Shown here: piece by piece, positions 28,737 through 38,862 of the stretch
How positions within the stretch are numbered: position 1 is the stretch's first letter
Layout: every line of letters begins with the position of its first letter
NCBI GenBank assembly: GCA_963744995.1
Contig: CAVUWA010000004.1
Span: forward strand, 605-64,604
DNA from: Candidatus Eiseniibacteriota bacterium
GTDB taxonomy: Bacteria; Eisenbacteria; RBG-16-71-46
Length of the DNA: 64,000 bases
Reading direction: 5' to 3'
Position numbers and translations under genes: made by a program
The notes under the pieces: model-generated
The model's input: the letters and a program-made list of their open reading frames with translations, nothing else
The model's database searches: none
What the model was told of the DNA's origin: nothing

Positions 28737-28906
28737 GACATCCTCCCGGGTTGACGACCGGCGAATGCTGCTTCGCGCGGGAGGTCGTTGTCAACGGTGC
28801 GCGTCACGGCGGTCGTCAGGTCGCGCCGTGTCGCGGCGGGCCCGAGCACCGGCGTGACTCGAGCATCGGCACCGACCATGGCGCGCGGGTCGCCGCGGGC
28901 CCCGCC

Positions 28907-29779
28907 TCAGTAGTACGCCGGCGCCTCGGGGAGCGCGCTGCCACACGCGCAGCGGCCGCCGCTCCTGTCGTGATCGTTCATCTTCCCGCAGGCCGCGCAG
29001 CGCACCCACATCGGATTGATGTGGTCGGGCGCCCAGACGCTCGTGAACGCCGCATCGCCGACCTCCTTCCAGAACTGGCTCATCGCTTCTCGATGCGAAG
29101 TGCTGCTCCTCAGCTGCTTCACGTTCTCGGGTTTCTCCCAGGCGGTGATCGTGATGCCCCGACCACCCACCCGGGCCAGCGTCAGGCCGATGAACCCCTC
29201 CATCTTCTGCATCTCGCGCGCGGTCGCCACGCTGTGGTCGCGGATCTTCCCGTCCTGCGCGGGCTCGTTCCAGATCGTGGTGATGCTGAACGCGCCGGGC
29301 CTGGTCTTCTTCCCGGACTGCACGGCGACCGAACCGCCGAACGAAAACGGTCCGATACGGCGCGGCTGGACGAGCACCATCATGTCCAGCTGTTCGGGCA
29401 CGGCCCGCGAGTCGAAGTAGCCCGTGACGGAGCGGATGCCGTCCGGCCCCGTCTCGATGACGTCGACCCCCGGCAGGCGCACCGTCCGTCCGCTCGGCGG
29501 CAGGCCCGCGAACGGCCCGGCCTGGGTGCCGGTCATCAGCCACTCGGCGACGACTCTCCCGGCATCGGTCTGGGCGACGCTGCGGATCTCGAATGACAGG
29601 TCCGGGAATCCCTCCCAGAGGCTGCTGGCGTTGGCGCCGATCGCATCGCCGGTGAGCGCCCCGTTCGTCGTCGGGTCGCTGTAGGTGCCCGACGCGGCGA
29701 ACGTGGCGACGATGGCCTTCGCGTCGTGGGAATTCCAGGCGTCGAAGTACGCCTTTGCAAGATCCAGGGTCTTCACGAC
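28907..29779 (-). CDS. SnoaL-like (NTF2-fold) domain protein with C-terminal Cys-rich zinc-ribbon (start approximate, probably GTG)
   Basis: VKTLDLAKAYFDAWNSHDAKAIVATFAASGTYSDPTT.. A second alpha+beta domain follows. C-terminal MWVRCAACGKMNDHDRSGGRCACGS. Confidence 0.5.
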   Translation of the reverse strand, partial: VVKTLDLAKAYFDAWNSHDAKAIVATFAASGTYSDPTTNGALTGDAIGANASSLWEGFPDLSFEIRSVAQTDAGRVVAEWLMTGTQAGPFAGLPPSGRTVRLPGVDVIETGPDGIRSVTGYFDSRAVPEQLDMMVLVQPRRIGPFSFGGSVAVQSGKKTRPGAFSITTIWNEPAQDGKIRDHSVATAREMQKMEGFIGLTLARVGGRGITITAWEKPENVKQLRSSTSHREAMSQFWKEVGDAAFTSVWAPDHINPMWVRCAACGKMNDHDRSGGRCACGSALPEAPAYY

Positions 29780-29997
29780 GGCTCTTCCTCCAGAGTCCGC
29801 GGAGCCACGGCCGGGGGGCGCGTGCCAGGGAACGCACGATTGTTGCAGCCCGAGGCTACGCCGTGCCCCGGATCCGGGCCAGCCCAAAGCGCGGCGCTCC
29901 GATGCGCTATCGTCCACGCGGCGGCACCGCGGATTCCATTCGCATGGAGCGCGCCGATCCCATCGCTCTCTCTCGTCAACGCATGCGCGGAGGCACG

Positions 29998-30312
29998 ATG
30001 CTCATCCACCTGGCTTTCCATCGCGACGTCAAACCGGGCAGGGAACAGGACCTGATCGAATCCATGAAGCAATTCGGCCGGGCGATGCAGGGCCGGCCGG
30101 GTTTCCGCCAGTCCTACGCGCTGCGCGACCCGAAGAGCGGGGCACTGGTCGGGCTCGGCATCTGGGACTCACCGGATGCCCTTGCGGCGGCGCGGCCCGC
30201 CATGAGCGAAGCGATCCGGGATGTGGACTTCTCGCAACTGGAGAGCAGCGACCCCGAGGTGTATCTGCTCGAGGCCGCGTGGGCGGGTGGAGAGCTGCTG
30301 GCCACCGATTAG
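29998..30312 (+). CDS. Small ABM-like (antibiotic-biosynthesis-monooxygenase fold) protein
   Basis: RBS GGAGG is 5 nt before the ATG. MLIHLAFHRDVKPGREQDLIESMKQFGRAMQGRPGFRQSYALRDPKSGALVGLGIWDSPDALAAA. Confidence 0.5.
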   Translation: MLIHLAFHRDVKPGREQDLIESMKQFGRAMQGRPGFRQSYALRDPKSGALVGLGIWDSPDALAAARPAMSEAIRDVDFSQLESSDPEVYLLEAAWAGGELLATD

Positions 30313-30549
30313 CAGGTCCGCCCGCGCCGTCCGCGTGGAACGGGACGCGGCGGTGGTGGTTGGGCGGGCGCGGTCCCCTTCATGACGGCTGGCCCCGCGA
30401 AACAGGGCGGGCCTATAATCGAGACGACTCGGGCGGGTCGCCGGCCCCGACTGCAAGGTCGAGGAAGCGACCCCATGCCCTGATGCCCTTTCCCCCCGGG
30501 CTGCGGGGGGTTCGCCTCGAACGTCTCTCGCATCTCCGGGAATGCCGCC

Positions 30550-32500
30550 ATGCGTTTCTCTCCTCGGCTGCCATGCGCGGCCCTGCTCACGGCCGCGGCC
30601 CTGCTGGCCGCCGGACCGGTGTTTGCACAGTCCGTCACGCCGGGAGATGTCCCCTTCCGTGGGGTCGACTTCCGCACGATCAACGGTTCCGGAAACAACC
30701 GCGACCAGCCGCTGTGGGGCTGCAGTGGGATCGTGTTCAGACGACTGATGCCCGCGGACTACGCCGACGGCGTCTCGGCTCCGGCGGGGCAGGGGCTCGC
30801 CAGCCCGCGCGCGATCAGCAACGCCATCTGCGCGCAGCCGGCTTCACATTCCGAATCCTTCTGGATATTCGGACTTCCTCTGGCAGTGGGGCCAGTTCAT
30901 CGACCACGACATCACCATGACCTTTTCGGCGGAGCCGCTCGAACCAATGCCCATTCCGGTGCCGTCGGCAGACCCCTACTTCGACCCGGCGGGCACCGGT
31001 ACGCAGGTGATCGACCTGGACCGTTCGCAGTACGAGCTGGTGAACGGCGTCCGCCAGCAGATGAACTCCAACACGTCTTTCATCGACGGCTCCCAGGTCT
31101 ATGGCTCGGACCAGGCACGCGCGGACGAGCTGCGGACGATGGATGGAACCGGCCGGCTCAAGACGAGCCCTGGCGATCTCCTTCCCTACAACATTCACGG
31201 TTTTCGCAACTTCCCCACGGACGACGATCCGACCATGTTCCTGGCGGGTGACGTGCGCGCGAACGAGCAGGTCGGCCTCACGGCCATGCAGACGCTCTTC
31301 ATGCGGGAGCACAACCACGTGGCGGGCATGGTCCATGAACTGTCCCCCGCTCTCGACGGCGAGGCGATCTATCAGATGGCCCGGGCGATCGTGGGCGCGG
31401 AGATCCAGGCCGTCACCTACCACGAGTTCCTGCCGGCCCTGCTCGGCCCGCACGCGCTGCCGAAATACGACGGCTACAGACCGGCCATCGACCCTACGAT
31501 CGGGACGGAATTCGCGACGGCCGCCTACCGCATGGGCCACACGCTGCTGTCACCTCAACTCCTGCGCCTGGACGAGAACCTGAATCCGATTTCTCAGGGC
31601 GACCTGCCGCTCCAGGACGCGTTCTTCTCGCCGGCGACGTTCGTGGCAGGCGGCGGTCCGGATCCCCTGCTGCGTGGCCTGGCGAACCAGCAGGCTCAGA
31701 ACTTCGATTGCTACGTGGTGGATGGGCTGCGGAACTTCCTGTTCGGGCCGCCCGGTGCCGGAGGCTTCGATCTGGCGTCGCTCAATCTGCAGCGTGGCCG
31801 CGATCATGGAATTCCCCGGTACAACGACCTGCGCGAGGCGCTGGGAATGCCGCGCGCCACGTCATTCGCGGACATTTCTTCCGATCCGGAGATCCAGGCC
31901 CGCTTCGCCAGCGTCTATGCGTCCGTAGACGACGTGGACGCCTGGATCGGCATCATCTCGGAGGATCATCACCCGGGCGCGGTCGTGGGCGAGCTCGCGT
32001 TCAGAATCCTCCGGGATCAGTTCGAGCGGCTGCGCGACGGCGATCGCTTCTGGTACGAGAATGTGCTGCCGCGGCACCTGGAGGCGTACGTCGAGCGGCA
32101 GACCCTCGCCGACATCATCCGTCGCAATACGGGGATCGGGAGGGAGCTGCAGAACGACGTGTTCCGCGTGCCGATGCCGCGGCGCATCGCGGGAACTCCC
32201 GTCGCTCAGGTCGGCGGAGGATTCGCGGTCGGCCAGCCGTACCCGAACCCCACCCGCGGCGCGGTGAACTTCGGCATCGCCGTTCCAGCGGGGGTATCGC
32301 AGACCGTCGACGCTGCGGTGTTCGACGTGCAGGGCCGCAAGGTGAAGACGCTGCTGCGGGAATCGCTCTCCGGCGGCACGCACCGGGTCTCGTGGGACCG
32401 CACCGACGAGGCGGGGCGACTCGTGACGCGCGGCATCTACTTCCTGCGCGTTCGGGCCGGCCGCTTTGCCGCGACGAAGAGAGTCCTGGTGATCGGGTAG
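30550..32500 (+). CDS. Animal-type haem peroxidase (PF03098-like) with Por/T9SS-type CTD; one +1 frame change near 30840-30870
   Basis: Signal peptide MRFSPRLPCAALLTAAALLAAGPVFA. Peroxidase motifs RTINGSGNNRDQPLWG, FLWQWGQFIDHDIT (in the second frame), DGSQVYGSD, FLAGDVRANEQVGLTAMQTLFMREHN, AEIQAVTYHEFLP, TAAYRMGHTLL, LNLQRGRDHGIPRYN, DVDAWIGIISE and LRDGDRFWYEN. The CTD is ..GQPYPNPTRGAVNFGIAVP...GIYFLRVRAGRFAATKRVLVIG. Confidence 0.8.
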
Positions 32501-32596
32501 CATCGCGGCACGCGTGAAACGGCGCGAACGGAGCCGACGGTCGGGGCCGGTGAGATGCCGCAGGTTTGCGGGCGCCCGGGGCGCGAGGAGGATCGA

Positions 32597-33388
32597 ATGG
32601 GCCCAACGCGCGAATTCGACGAGGTTCCCGACCTCGAGCTCCATCAGATGGACCCGACCGGCCGCTTCACGGAGCGGGCGGCCGCCTACGCGCGCTTCCG
32701 CCCGGACTATCCGCCGCCGGCGTGGGACGCGGTGCTCGAGGGATTGGGCGATCCGGCGACGCTCACCGCCGCCGACATCGGCGCCGGCACCGGCATCTCG
32801 TCGCGCGCGCTCGCGGCGCGCGGTTTGCGGGTGATCGCGATCGAGCCCAACGCCGCGATGCGGGAAGCGGCGACGCCCGCACCGCGTGTCGAGTGGCGCG
32901 AGGGCACGGCGGAAGCGACGCGGCTGCCGGACGGCAGCGTGCATCTCGTCGTCTGCGCGCAGGCCTTCCACTGGTTCCACCAGCCGGAGGCGATCGCCGA
33001 ATTCCATCGCGTGCTGCGGCCGGGCGGGCGGCTGGCGCTGGTGTGGAACGGCCGCGACCGTGACGACCCCCTGACGCGTGGCTACGTCGAAGCGCTGCAC
33101 GCGGTGAACGGCGAGCATCCGGCGGAAATGCGTCCGTTCGATGCATCGGTGATCGCCGCGGGCGGGCACTTCGGGCCGCCACGATTGCTGCAGTTCGAAC
33201 ACCGGCAGGAGATGAGCCTCGAAGGATTCATCGGCCGAGCCGTCAGCGCGTCCTACGTTCCCAACCGCGGCCCCGCGCATGAACGGCTGGTCGCGCTCCT
33301 CACCGATCTGTTCGAGCGCCGCCGTGACACGCGCGGGCGCGCGGCGATGAAGTACGAAACGCGCGTGTGGCTCGCGGAGCGGCGGTAG
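32597..33388 (+). CDS. Class I SAM-dependent methyltransferase
   Basis: RBS GAGGAGG. Motif I ADIGAGTGISSRALAARG. LVVCAQAFHWF...LRPGGRLALVW. Confidence 0.75.
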   Translation: MGPTREFDEVPDLELHQMDPTGRFTERAAAYARFRPDYPPPAWDAVLEGLGDPATLTAADIGAGTGISSRALAARGLRVIAIEPNAAMREAATPAPRVEWREGTAEATRLPDGSVHLVVCAQAFHWFHQPEAIAEFHRVLRPGGRLALVWNGRDRDDPLTRGYVEALHAVNGEHPAEMRPFDASVIAAGGHFGPPRLLQFEHRQEMSLEGFIGRAVSASYVPNRGPAHERLVALLTDLFERRRDTRGRAAMKYETRVWLAERR

Positions 33389-33571
33389 CGATCGAGCGTC
33401 TCCACCCGGACTCGTACGTTCGGGGCCGGCCCGCCCGCTTCGTCACGATGCCGCCGGCGTCGCGACTCTTCCGGCCCGTTTCGCGCCGACGGGGCCGCGG
33501 CCGGGTGCGTGCCTCATCGTCTCGGCCGCCCCGATCTCACGGTGCGATGAAACGCATCAGCACCGGATAGG

Positions 33572-34501
33572 TCACGGCGGGATTTCCCCGACCTGCTCGG
33601 GGTCCACGATGTCGTGACTGAGGTGGAGCCCGACCGGGAACTCGAAGGTCCGGACGTCGCGCGTACCGTGCTCGCGCCACGCGCGCACGAGCGCGTCGGC
33701 CGCCCCGTTGTCGGCCGCGATGTCACCGCCGACGGTGACCATCACCAGCGACCGGCACGCGGGCGGCCTGCGTGCCGCGGCGGCGCGGACGGCGGCGCCC
33801 ACCCGCATGGTGGCGGCGATCGAGCGCGTGGCGAAGCGCGGGTAGACGTGCCGGGGGCCGGGGAGATCCTGCTTGCGTTGGTCGTCCCACCAGACGAACG
33901 CGTTCGGCAACGCGCCGGCAAGGCGCGTCAGGAACGCGGTGGGGCGCGGGCCCGGCGCACGGGCCCAGCCGATCATCGGCGCGATGACCACGGCGCGCCC
34001 CACGTCCGCGCGCTCCTCCCCGGCCCACGCGGCCAGCACGCCACCGATCGAAAGCCCCGCGACGATCACCGTATCGCCGAGACCCGCAGCGGCGTCGAGC
34101 ACGCGGTCGGTGAACACGCACAGCTCGCCCGCCCTCATGCGCTCGAGCGCATCGGTCATGCGGTCGGCGCAGCCATGGTGGGGGAGGCGCGGCACGAATA
34201 CGTTGGCGCCGGTGGCATACGCAAGACGCGCGAGCGAATCGCACTGGGCCGGACAGTTGGTGAGACCGTGCAGCAGCACCACGACCCGGCTGGCGCGTGC
34301 GCCGTGGTCGAGCAGCCGCGTACGGCATTCGGAGGCGATCGCGGCGGAGTCGCCGGCACGGAGCGAGTCGATCAGTCGCAGGGCGTCCTCGTGGCCGGCG
34401 ACCGGATGCGGGTGCGAGCCGAGCCCGGTGGGCGCGAGCGGTCGCGAGAGGAACGCCGCGGCCGCCGCCATCAGGGCCACGAGGGCCGCCAGCACCACCA
34501 T
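33572..34501 (-). CDS. Alpha/beta-hydrolase-fold esterase/lipase-like protein
   Basis: Signal/TM segment MVVLAALVALMAAAAAFL. Oxyanion-like VVLLHGL. Nucleophile elbow GLSIGG. Confidence 0.7.
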   Translation of the reverse strand: MVVLAALVALMAAAAAFLSRPLAPTGLGSHPHPVAGHEDALRLIDSLRAGDSAAIASECRTRLLDHGARASRVVVLLHGLTNCPAQCDSLARLAYATGANVFVPRLPHHGCADRMTDALERMRAGELCVFTDRVLDAAAGLGDTVIVAGLSIGGVLAAWAGEERADVGRAVVIAPMIGWARAPGPRPTAFLTRLAGALPNAFVWWDDQRKQDLPGPRHVYPRFATRSIAATMRVGAAVRAAAARRPPACRSLVMVTVGGDIAADNGAADALVRAWREHGTRDVRTFEFPVGLHLSHDIVDPEQVGEIPP

Positions 34502-34871
34502 CGAGTCGCTTCACGGTGGCGCATGATAGGAGAGACGCTGCAGCCGGCGAAGCCGGAATCGTCAGGGAGCGGCGTGCTTCGGGCTGCAGCCATTCCGGCC
34601 GGTCATCTCCGGAGGATTCGGATGCCCACGACTGTCGGCGCGGGACGCCTCCGGCCAATTTTGCAGGCCCGTGGTGCTGGCAGGGCCGCCTGCCCGGGCG
34701 AGCCCCCCTCGCTGGGCCTCCGTCAGCTCGCAGATCCGCACGGGGTTAGAGCAAGGCATCGCCGGTCCGTGCGTGTGGCACGGAACTGGCGTGTGCCATG
34801 CGACATGGAGTCGGCGCCGCTGTGGCCGTGATCCGCTCGCGCGGTCGGGCGTGGCGCCGGGAGGAGCAGGG

Positions 34872-36659
34872 ATGCGCACGATCGGTGACCAGCGCTCCGG
34901 AGCCCGCGATTCATACCATCCGGGCACTCGCGCGGGGGAATCGCCGCATGCCCCCGGCGCGGATGAGATGCTGCGCGTCCTGCGCGAGGAGCGGGCGCGC
35001 TTCGAGATCGCTTTCAACAGTGCGCCCATCGGCATGGCGCTCATCGCCATGGACGGCACGTGGCTGCAGGTCAACGACGCACTGTGCCGGATCACCGGGC
35101 ACAGCGCAGAGGAGTTGCGTGCAACGACCCTGAGCGCGTTGACGCACGAGGACGATGCCGATCTGGACGCCCGCAACATGCAGCAGCTCCTCGCGGGCGA
35201 CGTGCACACGTGCCAGGTCGAGAAACGTTTCCGGCACGTCCGCGGGCACGACGTGTGGGTTCTGGTCACGACCTCGATGGCCCGTGACGAGGGCGGCCGT
35301 CCCCTCTACATCGTCACCCAGGTCCAGGACATCTCCGTCCGGAAGGAGATGGCGCGGCGGCTGGAGTACGTCGCGGACCACGACTTCCTCACCGGGTTGC
35401 TCAACCGGCGCAATTTCGAGCTCGCGCTCGCTCGCGAGACCGAACGCGCCGCGCGCTACGGCGTACCCGGAGCCGTGCTGCTGATCGACATCGATGATTT
35501 CAAGCACATCAACGACACCTTCGGCCACCGCGCGGGTGACGACGTGCTCAAGGGCGTGGCCGGGCTGCTCAGGCAGCGCCTGCGCCACACCGATACCATC
35601 GCCAGGGTGGGCGGCGACGAGTTCGCGGTGATGCTTCCGCAGACAGACGCCGAACAGGTGCAGGTCGTGGCCGACGAAGTGGTCAAGGCGCTCGCCCGGG
35701 AGACGGCGATGCTCGCCGACGTGGAGATTCGTATCTCGGCCAGCGTGGGGGCGGTCATGTTCGACGGCCTGACCGATGTCGAGGTGCTCGCCTACGCCGA
35801 TCTCGCCATGTACGAAGCGAAGGAGGCCGGACGCAACCGATTTCAGATGTACCGGCCGCATCGCGCAGGAAGGGACCGCGTCTCGACGCAACTCGCCGAG
35901 GCAGAGCGTATCCGCCACGCGCTCGAGGAAAACCGGCTGATCCTCCATTGCCAGCCGATCCGGGATCTCGCAACGAACGAGATCAGCCAGTACGAGCTGC
36001 TGCTGCGTCTTCCGGACGACGAGGGCGGCGAGCCGCTTCCGCCGAGCACGTTCCTGTCGCGGGCCGAACGTTCGGGGCTGATTCAGGCCATCGACGGCTG
36101 GGTGGCGCTCCAGGCGATCGAAACGATCGCCGAACACGCGCGGGCGGGACGCCACATCGTGCTCAACGTGAATTTGTCTGGCAAGTCGATCGGAGACCGC
36201 AAGCTCGCGAGCCTCGTCGAGCGTGCGCTGACGGAGTTCCGGATCGCCCCCGCACAGTTGATCTTCGAACTGACGGAAACGGCCGCGATCTCGAATTTCG
36301 ATGAAGCGAAGGCCTTCGCGCTTCGATTGCATTCACGTGGCTGTCGCTTTGCGCTCGACGACTTCGGGGTCGGTTTCGGCTCCTTCTACTACCTCAAGAG
36401 TTTCCCATTCGACTATCTCAAGATCGACGGTGACTTCATTCGCGACCTCGCCGAGAGCCCGATGAACCAGCTCGTCGTCTCGGCCATCGTCAGCATCGCC
36501 CGGGGGATGGGCAAGAAGACGGTCGCCGAGTTCGTCGCCGACGAGGAAGTTGCGGATCTGCTGCGCACGCTGGGTGTGGATCTTGCGCAGGGCTTCCACA
36601 TCGGCATGCCCGGGCCGATCGCCGAGGTGTTGCATCAGCGGTCCTCGATCCGCACCTGA
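34872..36659 (+). CDS. PAS-GGDEF-EAL c-di-GMP signalling protein
   Basis: PAS segment (FNSAPIGMALIAMDGTWLQVNDALCRITGHS). GGDEF (RVGGDEFAV). EAL (QPIRDL..., ELTET, FALDDFGVGFGS, YLKIDGDFIR). RBS GGAGG precedes ATG 34872. Confidence 0.85.
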   Translation: MRTIGDQRSGARDSYHPGTRAGESPHAPGADEMLRVLREERARFEIAFNSAPIGMALIAMDGTWLQVNDALCRITGHSAEELRATTLSALTHEDDADLDARNMQQLLAGDVHTCQVEKRFRHVRGHDVWVLVTTSMARDEGGRPLYIVTQVQDISVRKEMARRLEYVADHDFLTGLLNRRNFELALARETERAARYGVPGAVLLIDIDDFKHINDTFGHRAGDDVLKGVAGLLRQRLRHTDTIARVGGDEFAVMLPQTDAEQVQVVADEVVKALARETAMLADVEIRISASVGAVMFDGLTDVEVLAYADLAMYEAKEAGRNRFQMYRPHRAGRDRVSTQLAEAERIRHALEENRLILHCQPIRDLATNEISQYELLLRLPDDEGGEPLPPSTFLSRAERSGLIQAIDGWVALQAIETIAEHARAGRHIVLNVNLSGKSIGDRKLASLVERALTEFRIAPAQLIFELTETAAISNFDEAKAFALRLHSRGCRFALDDFGVGFGSFYYLKSFPFDYLKIDGDFIRDLAESPMNQLVVSAIVSIARGMGKKTVAEFVADEEVADLLRTLGVDLAQGFHIGMPGPIAEVLHQRSSIRT

Positions 36660-36793
36660 CGCGCGAGGTCGCGCCCCGGATACGTTTCCTCGAGACGCAC
36701 TCCGTGCGGCATGCGGCGTCTCGCTCCCGGGGGCGGCGTCGACCGATCCGTCACGTCCTGCGCCCGCCGGCCGGCCGCGCTCGGCAAAACGAA

Positions 36794-36822
36794 ACGCGGG
36801 GCGTCGACCACCCGCCCCGCGT
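36794..36822 (-). terminator. GC-rich hairpin (10-bp stem ACGCGGGGCG / CGCCCCGCGT) between convergent genes; on the minus strand it is followed by UUCGUUUUGCC
   Basis: Inverted repeat 36794-36803 / 36813-36822 with a 9-nt loop. It lies 22 nt downstream of the gdhA stop and 135 nt downstream of the PAS-GGDEF-EAL stop. Confidence 0.5.
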
Positions 36823-36844
36823 GCGGCACGTCCTCTTCGAGCGG

Positions 36845-38257
36845 CTAGACCAGCCCCTCATCCATCATCGCGTTTGCGACCTTGAGGAATCCGGCGATGT
36901 TGGCGCCGTTGACGTAGTTCCCCGGCGTCCCGTAGTCGGCCGCGGTCTCGTAGCAGCTCTTGTGGATGGCGATCATGATCCGGTGCAGGCGATCGTCGAC
37001 CTCCTCGCGCGTCCACGCCAGCCGCATGTTGTTCTGCGACATCTCGAGGCCGGAGGTGGCCACACCGCCGGCGTTCGCGGCCTTGGCGGGCCCGTAGAGC
37101 AGCCCCGCGTCGAGATAGATCCTGATCGCGTCGATGGTGCTCGGCATGTTGGCGCCTTCCGCCACCAGCGTCACACCGTTCTTCACCATGTGACCCGCGT
37201 CCTTCGCGCCGATCTCGTTCTGGGTCGCGCTCGGGAACGCGCAGTCGGCCTTCACGTTCCACAGCGGGTTGTAGTCGAGGGCCGGATCCGCCGGCGTGTA
37301 CTTCACGCCCTTGAACTGATCCGCGTACTCGCGGATGCGGCCGCGGCGCGCGTTCTTGAGCTCCATCACCCAGGCCAGCTTCTCGCGATCGATACCGGCC
37401 TCGTCCACGATGAAGCCGTCCGAGTCGCTGAGCGTGATCGGCTTCGCGCCCATGTCGAGCAACTTCTCGACGGTGTACTGGGAGACGTTACCGCTGCCCG
37501 ATACCAGGCAGACCTTGCCTTCGAGCGACTTGCCGGCCGCCTTCATCATTTCGTGCGCGAAGTACACCGTGCCGTAGCCCGTGGCCTCCGGGCGGATCAG
37601 CGAGCCGCCCCAGTTGAGGCCCTTGCCCGTGAGCACGCCGGTGAATTCGTTCTTCAGGCGCTTGTACTGGCCGAACAGATAGCCGATCTCGCGTCCGCCG
37701 ACGCCGATGTCGCCGGCCGGCACGTCGGTGTTGGGTCCGATGTGGCGCTGCAGCTCGGTCATGAAGCTCTGGCAGAAACGCATCACTTCCGCGTCGCTCT
37801 TGCCCTTGGGGTCGAAGTCCGAGCCGCCCTTGCCGCCGCCCATGGGCAACGTCGTGAGCGAGTTCTTGAACACCTGCTCGAACGCGAGGAACTTCAGGAT
37901 GCCGAGGTTCACCGAGGGATGAAAGCGCAGCCCGCCCTTGTACGGGCCGATCGCGCTGTTCATCTCGATGCGGAAGCCGCGGTTCACCTGCACGTCGCCG
38001 CGGTCGTCCTGCCACGGGACGCGGAACATCACCACGCGCTCGGGCTCCACGATGCGTTCCAGCAATCGCACGGACTGGTATTCGGGATGCCGCTCGAGCG
38101 CCGGCACCAGCGAATCGAACACCTCGGTCACGGCCTGATGGAATTCCGGCTCTGCGGGGTTCTTGGCCTTCACCCCATCGATTACGGTCGAAACGTATTC
38201 CTTCATCATCGTCGACTTCTTGATTCCAGGCGGGGTCGCCACGGATATGGCGGTCAT
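36845..38257 (-). CDS. gdhA: NADP-specific glutamate dehydrogenase
   Basis: Alignable over its length to enterobacterial GdhA. Motifs: KGGLRFHPSVNLGILKFLAFEQVFKNSLTTLPMGGGKGGSDFDPKGKSD, VPAGDIGVGGREIGY, GKGLNWGGSLIRPEATGYG, SGSGNVSQYT, AEGANMPST and AANAGGVATSGLEMSQN. RBS AAAGGAG precedes the start. Window numbering near 38.2 kb appears offset by 1 relative to the ORF track. Confidence 0.9.
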   Translation of the reverse strand: MTAISVATPPGIKKSTMMKEYVSTVIDGVKAKNPAEPEFHQAVTEVFDSLVPALERHPEYQSVRLLERIVEPERVVMFRVPWQDDRGDVQVNRGFRIEMNSAIGPYKGGLRFHPSVNLGILKFLAFEQVFKNSLTTLPMGGGKGGSDFDPKGKSDAEVMRFCQSFMTELQRHIGPNTDVPAGDIGVGGREIGYLFGQYKRLKNEFTGVLTGKGLNWGGSLIRPEATGYGTVYFAHEMMKAAGKSLEGKVCLVSGSGNVSQYTVEKLLDMGAKPITLSDSDGFIVDEAGIDREKLAWVMELKNARRGRIREYADQFKGVKYTPADPALDYNPLWNVKADCAFPSATQNEIGAKDAGHMVKNGVTLVAEGANMPSTIDAIRIYLDAGLLYGPAKAANAGGVATSGLEMSQNNMRLAWTREEVDDRLHRIMIAIHKSCYETAADYGTPGNYVNGANIAGFLKVANAMMDEGLV

Positions 38258-38862
38258 ACACAGGCTCCTTTCCGGGCACCTCGAAGGGCCCGACACCCAT
38301 GCAACCGGTGCGCCAGCGAACGCGGCATGGAACGGTGTGATCGCGTCCTCCGATTCCACGTGACGGCGGCCTGGCCGGAGGCGCCCGCCATGCGTGCGTG
38401 TGGCCGTTGCCGCAACGAGTTCGGCGGTTGCCGCGCGGTCCACGAGGCGTCCCTCCGGGCGGAGCCGCCGCGGCCGCCGTGGCCAGGTCGCGCTCGGGTC
38501 GGAGTGGGGCGTGCTGTCAGCATGACAGGCGACCGGCGGTGTGGTCAGCCCCGCCGAGGTCCGCAAGCGGGCCCGGCCGGCCGCGGCGCCGCGTCGTGCC
38601 TCGCGCCGAGTCGAGCGCTCCGGGCGACCGGCGGCGGCCCCGCGTCACCGGGGGCGGGGCCGGATCGCCCGCGGCCGGTGTCGTCCGGGTGGCGCACGGG
38701 GTCCGGTCGCCCCGGGAGCGCCGGCGCCCGCGTCGACCGGGCGCACTCGCACGGCCGGTCGACGTTCATCGCGCGACGCCGTGCTACCATGCGTGCCATC
38801 CGCCTCGCGCCGCGCATCGTGCCGCCGTTCTCGCCCCGATCCTTCCCCGCCGGAGGACGTCC

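Noticed and set aside
28791-29837. 348-aa minus ORF overlapping the SnoaL-like gene
   Set aside because: The Arg-rich nonsense translation is the wrong frame. The frame of 28907-29917 carries the NTF2-like domain and zinc ribbon.
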